This document shows, piece after piece, positions 8,771 through 18,493 of a stretch of 64,000 nt of DNA. Each line of letters begins with the position of its first letter. Position 1 is the first letter of the stretch. Below the pieces are notes generated by a model. The model saw nothing but the letters and a program-made list of their open reading frames with translations. It was not told the origin of the DNA and did no database searches. The translations under genes were made by a program, and so were the position numbers. Origin of the DNA: a virus. The stretch lies in the IMG/VR virus record IMGVR_UViG_3300010397_000001, positions 20,365 through 84,364 of that record, one strand, 5' to 3'.

Positions 8771-11527
8771 ATGAGCAAGTGGTTCACGGTTCACAGCCAC
8801 ACCAAGTTCAGCGTGATCGACGGGATGACCTCCCCACGTGACATGGTGGACAAGGCCGCAGCACTCGGTTACCCGGGGCTCGGCATCATCGATCACGGGA
8901 ACATGGCCGCCACCGTCCAGCTCTACACGCATGCCAAGAAGCGTGGCATCTTGCCTTACCCTGGCTTCGAGGGATACATCGTCGATCCCAACGCTGATGA
9001 TCCGATGGCCGGCACCAACGCCAGGTTCCACATTGGACTGCTCGCACTTGACTTCATCGGGTACAAGGCGCTTGTTCGGTTCAACAGTCTTTCGCATACG
9101 AGGCCGCGGTTCAACAGGTTTCCTCGCTTGACGGTCAACGACCTCGCGCAGCTGGGTGATGAAGCCGGTGAACATGTTGTACTCCTTACCGGCTGTTACT
9201 TCGGCTTGTTGCAGCAACGACTGACCAGCGAGGGGCTGAAGCCGGCACAGCGTGTGCTGAAGTTCTACGCCAAGCACTTCCCACATACCTTCGTGGAGTT
9301 GCAAAACCACGGCATCACGCACAACGACGGCGGGGCGATAGCCGATGACGACGAGATGGTCAGCGAGTTGGTAGCCATGGCGGAGCACGCGGGGCTACCG
9401 ACCATCATCACGTCGGACAGCCACTACACGGACCAGCGCCAGAAAGTCGCTCACGCAATGATGAAGCAGATGGTCTACGGTGGGGCAGAGGACGCCTTCC
9501 CCGGTGACAGCATGCATCTCCCGTCCGCTGACTGGATCCGTGGTTACTTCCCCCGCGATGTGTGGCGTAAGGCGTTGGAGTCCAACAAGTGGCTGATCGA
9601 GAATCACCGCCTGGTCATCCCGCAGCTCGATGCTTACAGGGCTTACCTGCCCAAGGTGACCACCAAGGACCCGAACAGAGTGCTGGCCAAGCTGTGTTAC
9701 GCGGCGCTCGACAAGATGGAGCTGAAGCCGGCACAGTACAAGAAACGTTTTAACGCGCTGAACAATGAGCTGTCCGTTATCAAGGACGTGGGACAGGCCA
9801 ACTACTTCCTCATCGTGCAGAAGATCATTCAGTATTGCAAGGAAAAGGGGATCTGTGTCGAGGCTCGTGGTTCGGCCAACGGGTCGTTCGTGTGCTACCT
9901 GCTCGGCATCATCTCGGTCGACTCGGTGACGTGGGATCTGTGGTTCGAGCGGTTCCTGTCGCGTGACCGCATCAAGCCGCCGGACGTCGACATCGATGTA
10001 GAGGATGAACGACGTGACGAGCTGGTGCGCTGGATCGGTACGCAGTGGCCGACTCTGCGAATCGGGTCGTGGGGCGCGCTTGGTTCATCGGCCGACAACC
10101 CTGAGCGTGGTTCAGTGCTGGTGTCCTACGTGTCGTACCTTCGGCGTCTGTGCGAGGCGAAGGCGCGTGACATCATCACACAGCGCGGGGGTCGGGCATC
10201 CGAGATAGGCCCCTACTCGCACGCCTTGTTCGCTAACAGATATGGCAAGGTCGAGAGCATCGAAGATATCGCGCGGATCAACATTGAGCACTACCAAGCG
10301 ATTCGAGAGCTAGCCGACATGGGCAGCGTCTACAAGTCGTACGGCAAGCACGCTGCCGGCGTACTCCTGGGGACAGACGAGCTACCGATCGCCGATGTCA
10401 TCCCCTCGATGCTGATCGCATCGTCCGATTCACTGGTGACACAGTTCGACATGGACGACGTGGAGCAGTGGGGGCTCCAGAAGCTTGACATCCTGGGCCA
10501 GGCAACGCTGACCGTCATGCGCCGATGCCAGGAGATGATTGGTCGTCCTGACCCCACAGACTTCGAGTGGATCCCCAACGACGACAAGGATGCGTGCCGG
10601 ATCCTGCGCGAAGGCAAGACAGACAACGGCATCTTTCACTTCGAGGGATGGACGAAAGCCAAGGGCGGGCAGGAACTGGGCATCAAGTCCACAAAGGACG
10701 CCATCGTTGCTGGTGCCTTGTACATGCCTGGAGTAGATGAAGTCAGCAAGTCGCAGTACCTCCGCTCTCGCAAAGATCCGGCCTACAAGCAGAAGCTCAT
10801 GCAGAGGGCCAGAAACACCCACCAGATCGTCGCTGACGTGTTGGCGGAAACGAATGGTGTCATGGTGTACCAGGAGCACCCGCTAGTGATCCTGCGACGC
10901 CTGGGGATGTCGATTGAGTCCATCAACACGCTTTACAAGATCTTGAAGGACAGCGGTAGTGGTGCCATCGAGCGCAACAAGGACCGGCTGACGTCGATCC
11001 GCGCTGAGTACGACAAGGTGTGCCTGGCCGAAGGAGTAAACGACCACGATGGATTGTGGCACGCCATCATCGGGTTCCAGTCTTATGGCTTCAACAAGTC
11101 TCACGCTACTGGCTACGGCATCCGGTCCTACCGGTGCGCGTACCTAAAGGCGCACTACACGCTGGAGTTCATGACGGCACTGTTGTCCGTGTGGGCCGGC
11201 AGGGACAAAGAGGTGCTGTACGCCAGGGAAGCCCGGAGGGTCGGTCTGCGGCTGCTACCTCCGCATGTCAACATCAGCGGAGCATCGTGGACCATCGACC
11301 GCAAGTACAAGGCGATCAGGAAGGGTCTCGTGTCCATCAAGGGCATCGGTGACACTTCGGCTGCTGAGATAGCGGCCAACGCGCCATACACCTCGATCAC
11401 TGATCTGGTGACCAGATGCAGCGGTCGGGCGGTGTCCGGCGGCAACGAGTACATCAAGACCGGGAACATCAGTGGCAAGCTGTTCACACTCCTAGAAGCA
11501 GGAGCGCTTGACGGCTTGCCCAAGTAG
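8771..11527 (+). CDS. dnaE: DNA polymerase III alpha subunit (DnaE-type)
   Basis: PHP motifs HSHT.FS..DG, DHG, SDSHY; RGSANGS; FERFLSRDR..PDVDID; HAAG; KLDILG; FNKSHA; YLKAHY. Confidence 0.95.
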   Translation: MSKWFTVHSHTKFSVIDGMTSPRDMVDKAAALGYPGLGIIDHGNMAATVQLYTHAKKRGILPYPGFEGYIVDPNADDPMAGTNARFHIGLLALDFIGYKALVRFNSLSHTRPRFNRFPRLTVNDLAQLGDEAGEHVVLLTGCYFGLLQQRLTSEGLKPAQRVLKFYAKHFPHTFVELQNHGITHNDGGAIADDDEMVSELVAMAEHAGLPTIITSDSHYTDQRQKVAHAMMKQMVYGGAEDAFPGDSMHLPSADWIRGYFPRDVWRKALESNKWLIENHRLVIPQLDAYRAYLPKVTTKDPNRVLAKLCYAALDKMELKPAQYKKRFNALNNELSVIKDVGQANYFLIVQKIIQYCKEKGICVEARGSANGSFVCYLLGIISVDSVTWDLWFERFLSRDRIKPPDVDIDVEDERRDELVRWIGTQWPTLRIGSWGALGSSADNPERGSVLVSYVSYLRRLCEAKARDIITQRGGRASEIGPYSHALFANRYGKVESIEDIARINIEHYQAIRELADMGSVYKSYGKHAAGVLLGTDELPIADVIPSMLIASSDSLVTQFDMDDVEQWGLQKLDILGQATLTVMRRCQEMIGRPDPTDFEWIPNDDKDACRILREGKTDNGIFHFEGWTKAKGGQELGIKSTKDAIVAGALYMPGVDEVSKSQYLRSRKDPAYKQKLMQRARNTHQIVADVLAETNGVMVYQEHPLVILRRLGMSIESINTLYKILKDSGSGAIERNKDRLTSIRAEYDKVCLAEGVNDHDGLWHAIIGFQSYGFNKSHATGYGIRSYRCAYLKAHYTLEFMTALLSVWAGRDKEVLYAREARRVGLRLLPPHVNISGASWTIDRKYKAIRKGLVSIKGIGDTSAAEIAANAPYTSITDLVTRCSGRAVSGGNEYIKTGNISGKLFTLLEAGALDGLPK

Positions 11528-11559
11528 ATGTTCAATACGTAAACGAAGGTGACGAGAGC

Positions 11560-11597
11560 AGGGCCGCCCATCTCCGGTGGGCGGCCTTCGTTGTTTT
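11560..11597 (+). terminator. Intrinsic terminator
   Basis: AGGGCCGCCCA/TGGGCGGCCTT stem followed by a T-rich tail. Confidence 0.75.
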
Positions 11598-11833
11598 AGG
11601 AGGGAGCTACATGCCAGTCAGGCGGCCAGACCCATACCCGAAGTCCTACGTCTCTACCTACTGCTGGAACATGTGGCTCCGCTGTACCCGTCGATCCCCC
11701 ATAGCCAGCTTCAAGGGCAACTGTGTGCGTTGTCGTCGAGAAGGGATTCTCGGCTATGACCTACTGCATGCGGGTGACCTACGCCCCACCAACATCTTTT
11801 GCTTCAGAGCTGGCTGCTACAAGGGTGGTGCAT

Positions 11834-12280
11834 ATGAAGATAAAGAAATATCCCCCACCAGAAAGAGGATGGCACCGAAGGGCGGCGTGCCGCGACTTCG
11901 ATCCGGCGATGTGGGATCTGGACGGCGAAAAGGTCGACCACCCCATCGCTCAAGAGATATGTAACTCCGCCTGCCCTGTCCGTAGGGACTGTTTGCTCGA
12001 CGCGTTGACCACATTGCATCAAACCGACCTTGGCCCCCGCTCCGATGTCGGTGTGATACGCGGTGGCATCAGGATGCGAGAAGGATGGAAGAGCCGTTCC
12101 ATCTGTCTAATGTGCACACTGTATGTCTGCAACAGTGACACCCCCTCGATCTGTTATAGCTGTAGGAAGTACCGGCCGTGTGGAGGTGGCTGCGGTAGAG
12201 GTGTGTGGCGCCGAAGCTCAGCCAAGTACTGCGAGACGTGTGAAAAAGAGATGGCCGAACGAGGAGAGCTTGCGGCATGA
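11834..12280 (+). CDS. whiB: WhiB-family transcription factor with extra Cys-rich C-terminus
   Basis: W.RRAAC...DP, ICNSACPVRRDCL, GVIRGG. Confidence 0.85.
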   Translation: MKIKKYPPPERGWHRRAACRDFDPAMWDLDGEKVDHPIAQEICNSACPVRRDCLLDALTTLHQTDLGPRSDVGVIRGGIRMREGWKSRSICLMCTLYVCNSDTPSICYSCRKYRPCGGGCGRGVWRRSSAKYCETCEKEMAERGELAA

Positions 12281-13431
12281 GCAAGGCGCAGGAACTGGCC
12301 AAGATGATCAATAAGGAGTTCGGCACCAACACGGTCAGGATGGGCAGTGATTCAACTCTTGAAGTGAAGTATGTATCAACAGGGTTGACACCGTTCGACG
12401 TCTGGCTCGGTGGTGGCTGGGCTCGTGGGCGTTTCATCCAGATCACCGGGAACTACAGCACTCTGAAGTCATACATCGCGCTACACGCCATCGCCGAGGT
12501 GCAGCGGCAGAACGGTGTCGCCGCACTGATAGACACGGAGCACGCCTTCGACCCTGACTGGGCAACGGTCATCGGCGTGGACGTGGACAAGCTGATACTT
12601 CAGCAGCCGGCAACAGGTGAAGAGGCCATAGACATCGCTCAGGTGTTGGTGGCAAACGAGATCGACCTCATCGTGTTCGACTCTATCGCTGCGACGCTTC
12701 CCCAGCAGGAAGCCAATAAGCGTCTGTCCAAGGAGAACATCCAGCCAGCGCGGCTGGCCGCTCTGATGTCTGCCGCCTGTCGTCGTTTGACCGCCGCAAA
12801 CCGTCGTACAGCCATCATCTGGGTAAACCAGCTACGCGAACAGGTGGGAGTGACGTTCGGCCCCACAGAGAAGGCCACAGGGGGACGCGCGATGGGGTAC
12901 TACGCGAGCACCATCGTGAACATCCGAAAGGTCGGTAGCGAATTCGAGACCGTCACGACGGACGACGGCAACAAGACAGTGAAGAGCAAGCGCCTTCTCT
13001 TCCAGAGCTTCAAGGCCACCTTGGAAAAGTCGAAGCTTTCCGCTCCGTGGACAGAGTTGTTCTTCGACTTCAACCTAGTCATGGGTGGTGAGATTGATGT
13101 CGTGAAGTATGTCTTCGCGCAGTGCGTGGACCTGAGCATCATCAAGCAGGAAGGCCGGTCATGGGTGTACGAAAAGGTCCGCGCCGTGGGAAGGGAAGCG
13201 TTCCTGCGGAGGATGACCGAGGACACCCAGCTTCTGATGACGCTGGAGAACCTGGTACGGGAAGCCAACTCCCTGCCTCCCTCCAGCTCCCCGCATGGAA
13301 AGTCAACACACCGCAGCAGGAAGGTCGCCGCGTCGAGCGGCTCATCGCGAAAGAAAGGGGCGCGAGGCTCCACCCGAACAGCGGTGCAGGCCGCATCAAA
13401 CGGGACGCGTCGAATGAAGAAGACCTCTTAG
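12277..13431 (+). CDS. recA: RecA-like recombinase
   Basis: STG...D..LGGG..RGR, GNYSTLKS P-loop, IDTEHAFD, DSIAA, NQLREQVG, TGGRAM.YYA. Confidence 0.93.
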   Translation: MSKAQELAKMINKEFGTNTVRMGSDSTLEVKYVSTGLTPFDVWLGGGWARGRFIQITGNYSTLKSYIALHAIAEVQRQNGVAALIDTEHAFDPDWATVIGVDVDKLILQQPATGEEAIDIAQVLVANEIDLIVFDSIAATLPQQEANKRLSKENIQPARLAALMSAACRRLTAANRRTAIIWVNQLREQVGVTFGPTEKATGGRAMGYYASTIVNIRKVGSEFETVTTDDGNKTVKSKRLLFQSFKATLEKSKLSAPWTELFFDFNLVMGGEIDVVKYVFAQCVDLSIIKQEGRSWVYEKVRAVGREAFLRRMTEDTQLLMTLENLVREANSLPPSSSPHGKSTHRSRKVAASSGSSRKKGARGSTRTAVQAASNGTRRMKKTS

Positions 13432-13583
13432 AGATCAAAAACGCACGACGTGTTCACACCATGAAAGGAGCAGACCTTAGCGACCTGTACACCCAAGCGT
13501 TGAACCTGGGCAGGGATCCGTTGTACGTCATCAGGTTCGAGGAAGCCGGCATCGAGGTCGAATGCCGAATCAGGAGGTTGTGA
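13161..13583 (+). CDS. PD-(D/E)xK Holliday-junction resolvase-like (Hjc type); start uncertain, overlaps the recA 3' end
   Basis: GRRVERLIAK..G.....SGAG..K.D......EIK motif. Confidence 0.7.
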   Translation: MGVRKGPRRGKGSVPAEDDRGHPASDDAGEPGTGSQLPASLQLPAWKVNTPQQEGRRVERLIAKERGARLHPNSGAGRIKRDASNEEDLLEIKNARRVHTMKGADLSDLYTQALNLGRDPLYVIRFEEAGIEVECRIRRL

Positions 13584-13858
13584 TGGAAGAACAGGAACGG
13601 CAGCGCGAGGAAGTGTTTGCTGCACTGGAAGCGAAAACCGCCTACGAATGGGATGAGGACCCGCGCAACGGCCTTCGTATCGTGAGTTGGTCCGACTATG
13701 GATGGGCGGCCAACAAGGGCGGCCACGGAACACGCGAATCACGTGTCACGTGGAAACAGTTCGAGAGATACCGGGCCGGTGCGACGGTTCAGCTCAAGCC
13801 AGGGTTCACGTGGGACACGGCCGACGGCATCACGCCGAAGGTGGTCGCCGATGAGTGA
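13583..13858 (+). CDS. Hypothetical protein
   Basis: TGATG coupling; SD ggagg. Confidence 0.65.
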   Translation: MEEQERQREEVFAALEAKTAYEWDEDPRNGLRIVSWSDYGWAANKGGHGTRESRVTWKQFERYRAGATVQLKPGFTWDTADGITPKVVADE

Positions 13859-14246
13859 TTACGACGTCGGTGATATTGAGTTGATGAAGTCAAGAGTCAA
13901 CTCGCGCATGTGCGACACGTGTGCCTTCCGCAAGGGGGTGATGTCGCCTGACTCTCTACGCGAGATCATCGGGTTCAGGCTGCGGAAGGGCACGTTCCTA
14001 CCGTGCCACAGCACACATCCTCCGCTTGCTCCGCAGGGCTGGACCAAAGCGGCCATCTGCCGAGGGTTCTTCAACGGACACCATAATGTAGGGGTGTTGA
14101 AGGTCATGAAGCAACTCTGGGGCTTCGTGTTCGTAGACCCTCCGAAGGAGCATGATGTCGCTGAAGAGGACTCTGGATCGGCTGATGGATTCAGGGAAGA
14201 TAGTCACACCGAGGTATCTGAAGTTCCTCGCAGAGCACGGAGATGA
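13851..14246 (+). CDS. Hypothetical Cys/His protein
   Basis: CDTCAF, FLPCH and CRGF motifs. Confidence 0.6.
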   Translation: MSDYDVGDIELMKSRVNSRMCDTCAFRKGVMSPDSLREIIGFRLRKGTFLPCHSTHPPLAPQGWTKAAICRGFFNGHHNVGVLKVMKQLWGFVFVDPPKEHDVAEEDSGSADGFREDSHTEVSEVPRRARR

Positions 14247-14961
14247 CCCATATCCGCCGTGGGTCGTCGACGTCATCGCTGAGCAACTGAAGAAGACTCC
14301 GCGTGACAGGTCTGGGACGTTCAGCGCTGCATCGGCAGGTGCATGTCTTCGCGCCCAAGAGCTGGAATACCTGGGCGCCGGCCCTACCGACCTGACCGGA
14401 GAGGTGTCGCCTGGTCTGATGGCCATCTTCAAGGATGGCAAGTGGCGGCACCTCAAGTGGCAGGCCGACCTGTTAGCCGCCGGCATCATCGAAGAGATTG
14501 AGTACTCGGCGCCGTGGCGGTCCAAGAGGGCTGTAGGGACGCTGGACGGCCTGGGGGTAGTGCCGGATACCCACGGCGTTGGTTCGTGGCGTGGTGAACT
14601 CTTCGGGGCGGAACTAAAGGGGGTCAACGCGTGGCAGTACCCCAAGCTAGTGTCTGCTCCATACCCCAAAGAAGACCACATGCGCCAGGTGCACCGGTAC
14701 TTCGTACTGACGGGTGTTCGGCTCTTCAGCGTCATCTACGAAAACAAGTCCACACAGGACTTCCACGAGTGGGTGGTGCGTCCCATCCCGCGCTTGTTGG
14801 ATGAAAGCCGTCAGGAACTTGAGGAGTTGAATCGTGCAGTCGAGCGGAAAGAACTTCACCGGATACTCGCACCCTGCCGGCACCGGTCTGGAAAGCAGTG
14901 GGAGGGATGCAAATTCTCAGGAGAGGACGGTCCCTGCGAATCAGCCGGTACTTGGCTATGA
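14152..14961 (+). CDS. Cas4-like PD-(D/E)xK exonuclease
   Basis: SAASAGACLR, GTLDG, ELKG, QVHRY, three C-terminal Cys (4Fe-4S pattern). Confidence 0.8.
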   Translation: MMSLKRTLDRLMDSGKIVTPRYLKFLAEHGDDPYPPWVVDVIAEQLKKTPRDRSGTFSAASAGACLRAQELEYLGAGPTDLTGEVSPGLMAIFKDGKWRHLKWQADLLAAGIIEEIEYSAPWRSKRAVGTLDGLGVVPDTHGVGSWRGELFGAELKGVNAWQYPKLVSAPYPKEDHMRQVHRYFVLTGVRLFSVIYENKSTQDFHEWVVRPIPRLLDESRQELEELNRAVERKELHRILAPCRHRSGKQWEGCKFSGEDGPCESAGTWL

Positions 14962-15198
14962 CTACTGGCGCCTGCTCGGTAGGCCGAACGCGGTAGGCGT
15001 CATGTGCGAACAGGACCAGTCGCACTACGAGGAGTTGCTGCGTCACGCCGACAACTGTCCCATGCTTTCGGCTGGGCCGTACGGAGGTAGGAAGTATCGC
15101 TCGCCGAGCCGTGGTGTGTACCTCAGCGAAGCGTCCTACATCAGGTGGAAGTGCATGAAGGGCAATCACATCCGACCTCGTTCCATGTCGAGCTACTG

Positions 15199-15591
15199 AT
15201 GCTGATCAAGAAGCGGCCGACCGCACCTCGCCATTCACTGCGTAAATTCACGTTGGGGACAGGGCTGCCTAGCCTCATGCTCTTGGAAGCCGAAGTGCAG
15301 GATATGTGGGACGTCTTGTTGGGGCGCAAGGAACCTCCGTACTGGAACGGCACCAGCACCCTGATGGAAGTGGCCGACGCATTTTTCGCTCGGGCCAGCG
15401 AGATCACCGCGCTGATTCAGGAAGCGGAGCGTAAGGGAGTCGGCATCTCCCCGTCCTACAAGCGGTTCAGGACAGGCGCTCTTCGAACCTTCATGGAAGC
15501 GGCCAAGCGGTCCGCAGATCTTGGCAGCCGTCGCATCACCGTGGACCAACTGGAGTTCGAGCAAGCAAGGCTAGGAAGGGAATCAGCATGA
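15199..15591 (+). CDS. Hypothetical protein
   Basis: ORF track; coupled to the downstream gene. Confidence 0.6.
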   Translation: MLIKKRPTAPRHSLRKFTLGTGLPSLMLLEAEVQDMWDVLLGRKEPPYWNGTSTLMEVADAFFARASEITALIQEAERKGVGISPSYKRFRTGALRTFMEAAKRSADLGSRRITVDQLEFEQARLGRESA

Positions 15592-15863
15592 TTACTGAGA
15601 TGTGCTGGGATCCGGACAACCCACTTGAGGCAGTGGAGTTCCTAGGCCAGGGCAGGTGGTTCTTCTGGCGCGAAGGTGATTCCCTGATCATCTCGGCGCT
15701 CGACTTCATGCCAGCAACAGTGAAGACGATGGGCCGCATTTTCGCACAGAACAGCTTGAACGAAGTGGACCCACACAGCCAGCGAACGATGATCGTCACT
15801 CCTGGACAGTGGATCGAGTTCGACGGGGCAACGTTCGGATATGGGAGGAGAGACAAGGGGTGA
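15588..15863 (+). CDS. Hypothetical protein
   Basis: ATGA/GTGA coupling on both sides. Confidence 0.6.
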   Translation: MITEMCWDPDNPLEAVEFLGQGRWFFWREGDSLIISALDFMPATVKTMGRIFAQNSLNEVDPHSQRTMIVTPGQWIEFDGATFGYGRRDKG

Positions 15864-16315
15864 AGAAGCCCAAGCCCAAAGTAGACAGTGGAGTGCACGG
15901 TGCGCCGGCACACGTCATCGCGGACAAGAAGCTCTACTACTGCGACAAGCATCCAGGGTCTGCACCAATGACGTACGACCCATCAGAAGACGCACTCGTC
16001 TGTCAGGTTGATGGCTGTACGTACATACGACGTCGCAGACTCTCATTCAGCACCATGTTCGCGCCTGGTGAAGCACGGCCAGCCGCTTACCGTGGCGCGT
16101 TGGAAGTGCGGATCGACGACGAGGGAAAACCATGGCTGTACCTCGTTGACGTGAACGGTATGGTTGACTTGAGCAGGTTAATCGACGAACCGACTACGGT
16201 CGTGGGCAGCAAAGAGGGCATGCCGCCTGACGTAATTGCGGCTTTCCTTGGCGAACCAGACGCGGTAGAGGTCAAGATCGGTTCGACCACCTACAAGAGG
16301 CCAGCCAACATTTAG
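15860..16315 (+). CDS. Hypothetical protein with Zn-binding motif
   Basis: CDKH...C...C; SD ggagg. Confidence 0.6.
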   Translation: MKKPKPKVDSGVHGAPAHVIADKKLYYCDKHPGSAPMTYDPSEDALVCQVDGCTYIRRRRLSFSTMFAPGEARPAAYRGALEVRIDDEGKPWLYLVDVNGMVDLSRLIDEPTTVVGSKEGMPPDVIAAFLGEPDAVEVKIGSTTYKRPANI

Positions 16316-16325
16316 GGCGTGAAGA

Positions 16326-16853
16326 ATGCACGACGTGATATTCGGAGTGGACCCAAAGAAGACGGCGTTGGCGGGTGTAGTCATCCGCGAGGACGGCTTC
16401 AGGGTCTACACGCGCACCATGCCTGACGATCTCACGTTGTGCTGCCACAAGGCGTTCCTATGGATGCGGCGTGTGGTGCTGGAAGAGATGAAGCTCAACC
16501 CGCTTGCCACCGTTCATGTCTACCTTGAAAAGGCGTTGGTAGGTCCAGGCAGAAATGCCACCATCGTGCAGGCATATGTCCAAGGTGGACTGATTGCCGG
16601 AGCGGTGGACGCGGGAGCCATAGTTCATCAGGTGAATCAGGCTCGTTGGAAGTCCCAGATCGTGGGGGTGGGCAACGCCACCAAGTCACTAGTCGCTCGT
16701 CACGTGAAGCTTCAGTGGCCGGAACTCTTCGCTCAGGTTCAAGCGCTACCCAAACTGCACGCACAAGACGTACTCGATGCCGGCTGCATAGCCTGGTACG
16801 GAGATAACGAACAGAAGACCCTGAGCAAGAGGAGAGGCCGTGGCCGGCGTTAG
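16326..16853 (+). CDS. ruvC: RuvC-like Holliday junction resolvase
   Basis: FGVDP, VYLEK, WKSQIVGVGNATK, DVLDAGCIA. Confidence 0.85.
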   Translation: MHDVIFGVDPKKTALAGVVIREDGFRVYTRTMPDDLTLCCHKAFLWMRRVVLEEMKLNPLATVHVYLEKALVGPGRNATIVQAYVQGGLIAGAVDAGAIVHQVNQARWKSQIVGVGNATKSLVARHVKLQWPELFAQVQALPKLHAQDVLDAGCIAWYGDNEQKTLSKRRGRGRR

Positions 16854-18294
16854 GAAGATGAAGCGTAAGAAGCTTGACGAGATAAAGGCTAAGAACATCG
16901 TTCTGTTCCAGCAAGTTACCAACGTTCCGATCGATTCGTTGAAGCCTCACCCACAGAACGCCAACGAGGGTGACATCGACATGATCGCTGAGTCGATCCT
17001 GGAAAACGGGGTCTACCGGCCGATCGTCATCAACACTCGGAACGGCTTCATCGCGGCCGGTCACCACCAGTGGTTGGCGATGAGGAAGCTTGGCTGGGAT
17101 CAGGTGCCAGTCATCACCATCGACGTTGACGAGCGCCGGCACAAGAAAATCATGCTGGCCGACAACGCTACGGCAGACCGCCGCACCTACAACGAGCGGT
17201 TGTTGGATGAGCTTCTTCAAAGTGTCGGTGACGTCACGGGTACTGGTTACACGGAGCTGGAGGTGGAAGACATCCACACCAGGGCCACTGAAGCGGCACG
17301 TGAAGCCCTGAAGAACATCGAGTCGGGTCCAGGTGCCGCCGACATGGCCGCGGAAGCTCTACGGCGTGCCAGGGGCGGCCAAACGCTGGACAATGACGAT
17401 GAGTACGACGAAGGTGTCGATGAAGGCGCCGGCGGCAGTGACGATTCAGAGTTTGAAGACCTCGGCGGAAAGAAGGACAAGGGTATCGAGGGTGCCGGTG
17501 ATGAGCTGGCTGGCGCATTCCAGTTGAAGGAGGATATGGCCTTCGACGGAGTGGGCGTGTGGGGTATCCCTCGTATCCGTACCGACGCCGGCACGCTGGC
17601 CACATGGGACGACCTGCCAGAAAACCTCTTGGCGTGGGCCGGAAGCGCAACGAAGGACTGGCCTGACCCCACCACTCACTGGCTGTACAACGTGGGGATC
17701 GACAGCGTGTCAGGGATGCCGCGCGACAAGAACGGTCTCTTCAGCCACGTCATCGCCGCGTTCTACTGCCACGACGAGTACTTCGACCCGTACTGGTGGA
17801 ATCCGTCCAAGCACACCACTCGGCTTCTCAACTCAGGTATCAGCACCATCGTGATGCCTGACTTCAGCATGCACACGCCCGGAGAGGAATCACGAGTACT
17901 CAGCTTGTGGTCCTTGTACCGCAGCAGGTGGCTCGGTAGATACTTCCAGGAAGCTGGTATGAAGCTGATTCCTGAGGTGACGTGGGCTACTGCAGACGAA
18001 GGGTTTCTCACCGACTACGTTCTCCCCACGCTCCCGAAGAAGCTTCCGTTGCTGTCGATCCAGGTGCAGACGATCGATCCGGACTCGCCGCTGAACGCTG
18101 CCTATGTCAAGCAGCTACGCCTCATCCTTGACACGGTTAAGCCAAAGGACCTGTTGATTTATCACGGTAAGCAGGGTCGGAGGCTCTTCGACGATGGCTT
18201 GGTTCCGTTCAAGGGGCGAATCAAGTTCGTCGCATCTCGCCTGTACGCTCTTGGTGAGTCAGCCAAAAAGAGAGAGAAGAAGACAACTTTGTAG
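16840..18294 (+). CDS. ParB/Srx N-terminal domain fused to a DUF4417-like domain
   Basis: IDSLKPHPQNAN, SILENG..PIVI, GHH.W.A, LADN; C-terminal FYCHD..F, PDFS, YRSRWLG.YFQ.AG..LIPEV.W. Confidence 0.75.
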   Translation: MAGVRKMKRKKLDEIKAKNIVLFQQVTNVPIDSLKPHPQNANEGDIDMIAESILENGVYRPIVINTRNGFIAAGHHQWLAMRKLGWDQVPVITIDVDERRHKKIMLADNATADRRTYNERLLDELLQSVGDVTGTGYTELEVEDIHTRATEAAREALKNIESGPGAADMAAEALRRARGGQTLDNDDEYDEGVDEGAGGSDDSEFEDLGGKKDKGIEGAGDELAGAFQLKEDMAFDGVGVWGIPRIRTDAGTLATWDDLPENLLAWAGSATKDWPDPTTHWLYNVGIDSVSGMPRDKNGLFSHVIAAFYCHDEYFDPYWWNPSKHTTRLLNSGISTIVMPDFSMHTPGEESRVLSLWSLYRSRWLGRYFQEAGMKLIPEVTWATADEGFLTDYVLPTLPKKLPLLSIQVQTIDPDSPLNAAYVKQLRLILDTVKPKDLLIYHGKQGRRLFDDGLVPFKGRIKFVASRLYALGESAKKREKKTTL

Positions 18295-18493
18295 TGAATG
18301 AATCTATCGAAGCCGTGGTCGGTGACTATCCACTGTGTACCTACATGTGGTCGAGTACAACCATGGAAAAATTTGAATCAGATACTGTCTTCGGCGTAGT
18401 GAACGTTGAAAGAGTCAAGCACCATTACTGTGGCGCTCTTAAAGGTCATGAAGACAATCACTTCTGCCGTGGCTGTGGCGAGGAGACACCTCT

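Noticed and set aside
14152-14961. CRISPR-Cas system suggested by the Cas4-like gene
   Set aside because: No repeat-spacer array or other cas genes seen; solo Cas4-like nucleases are common in phage recombination modules.
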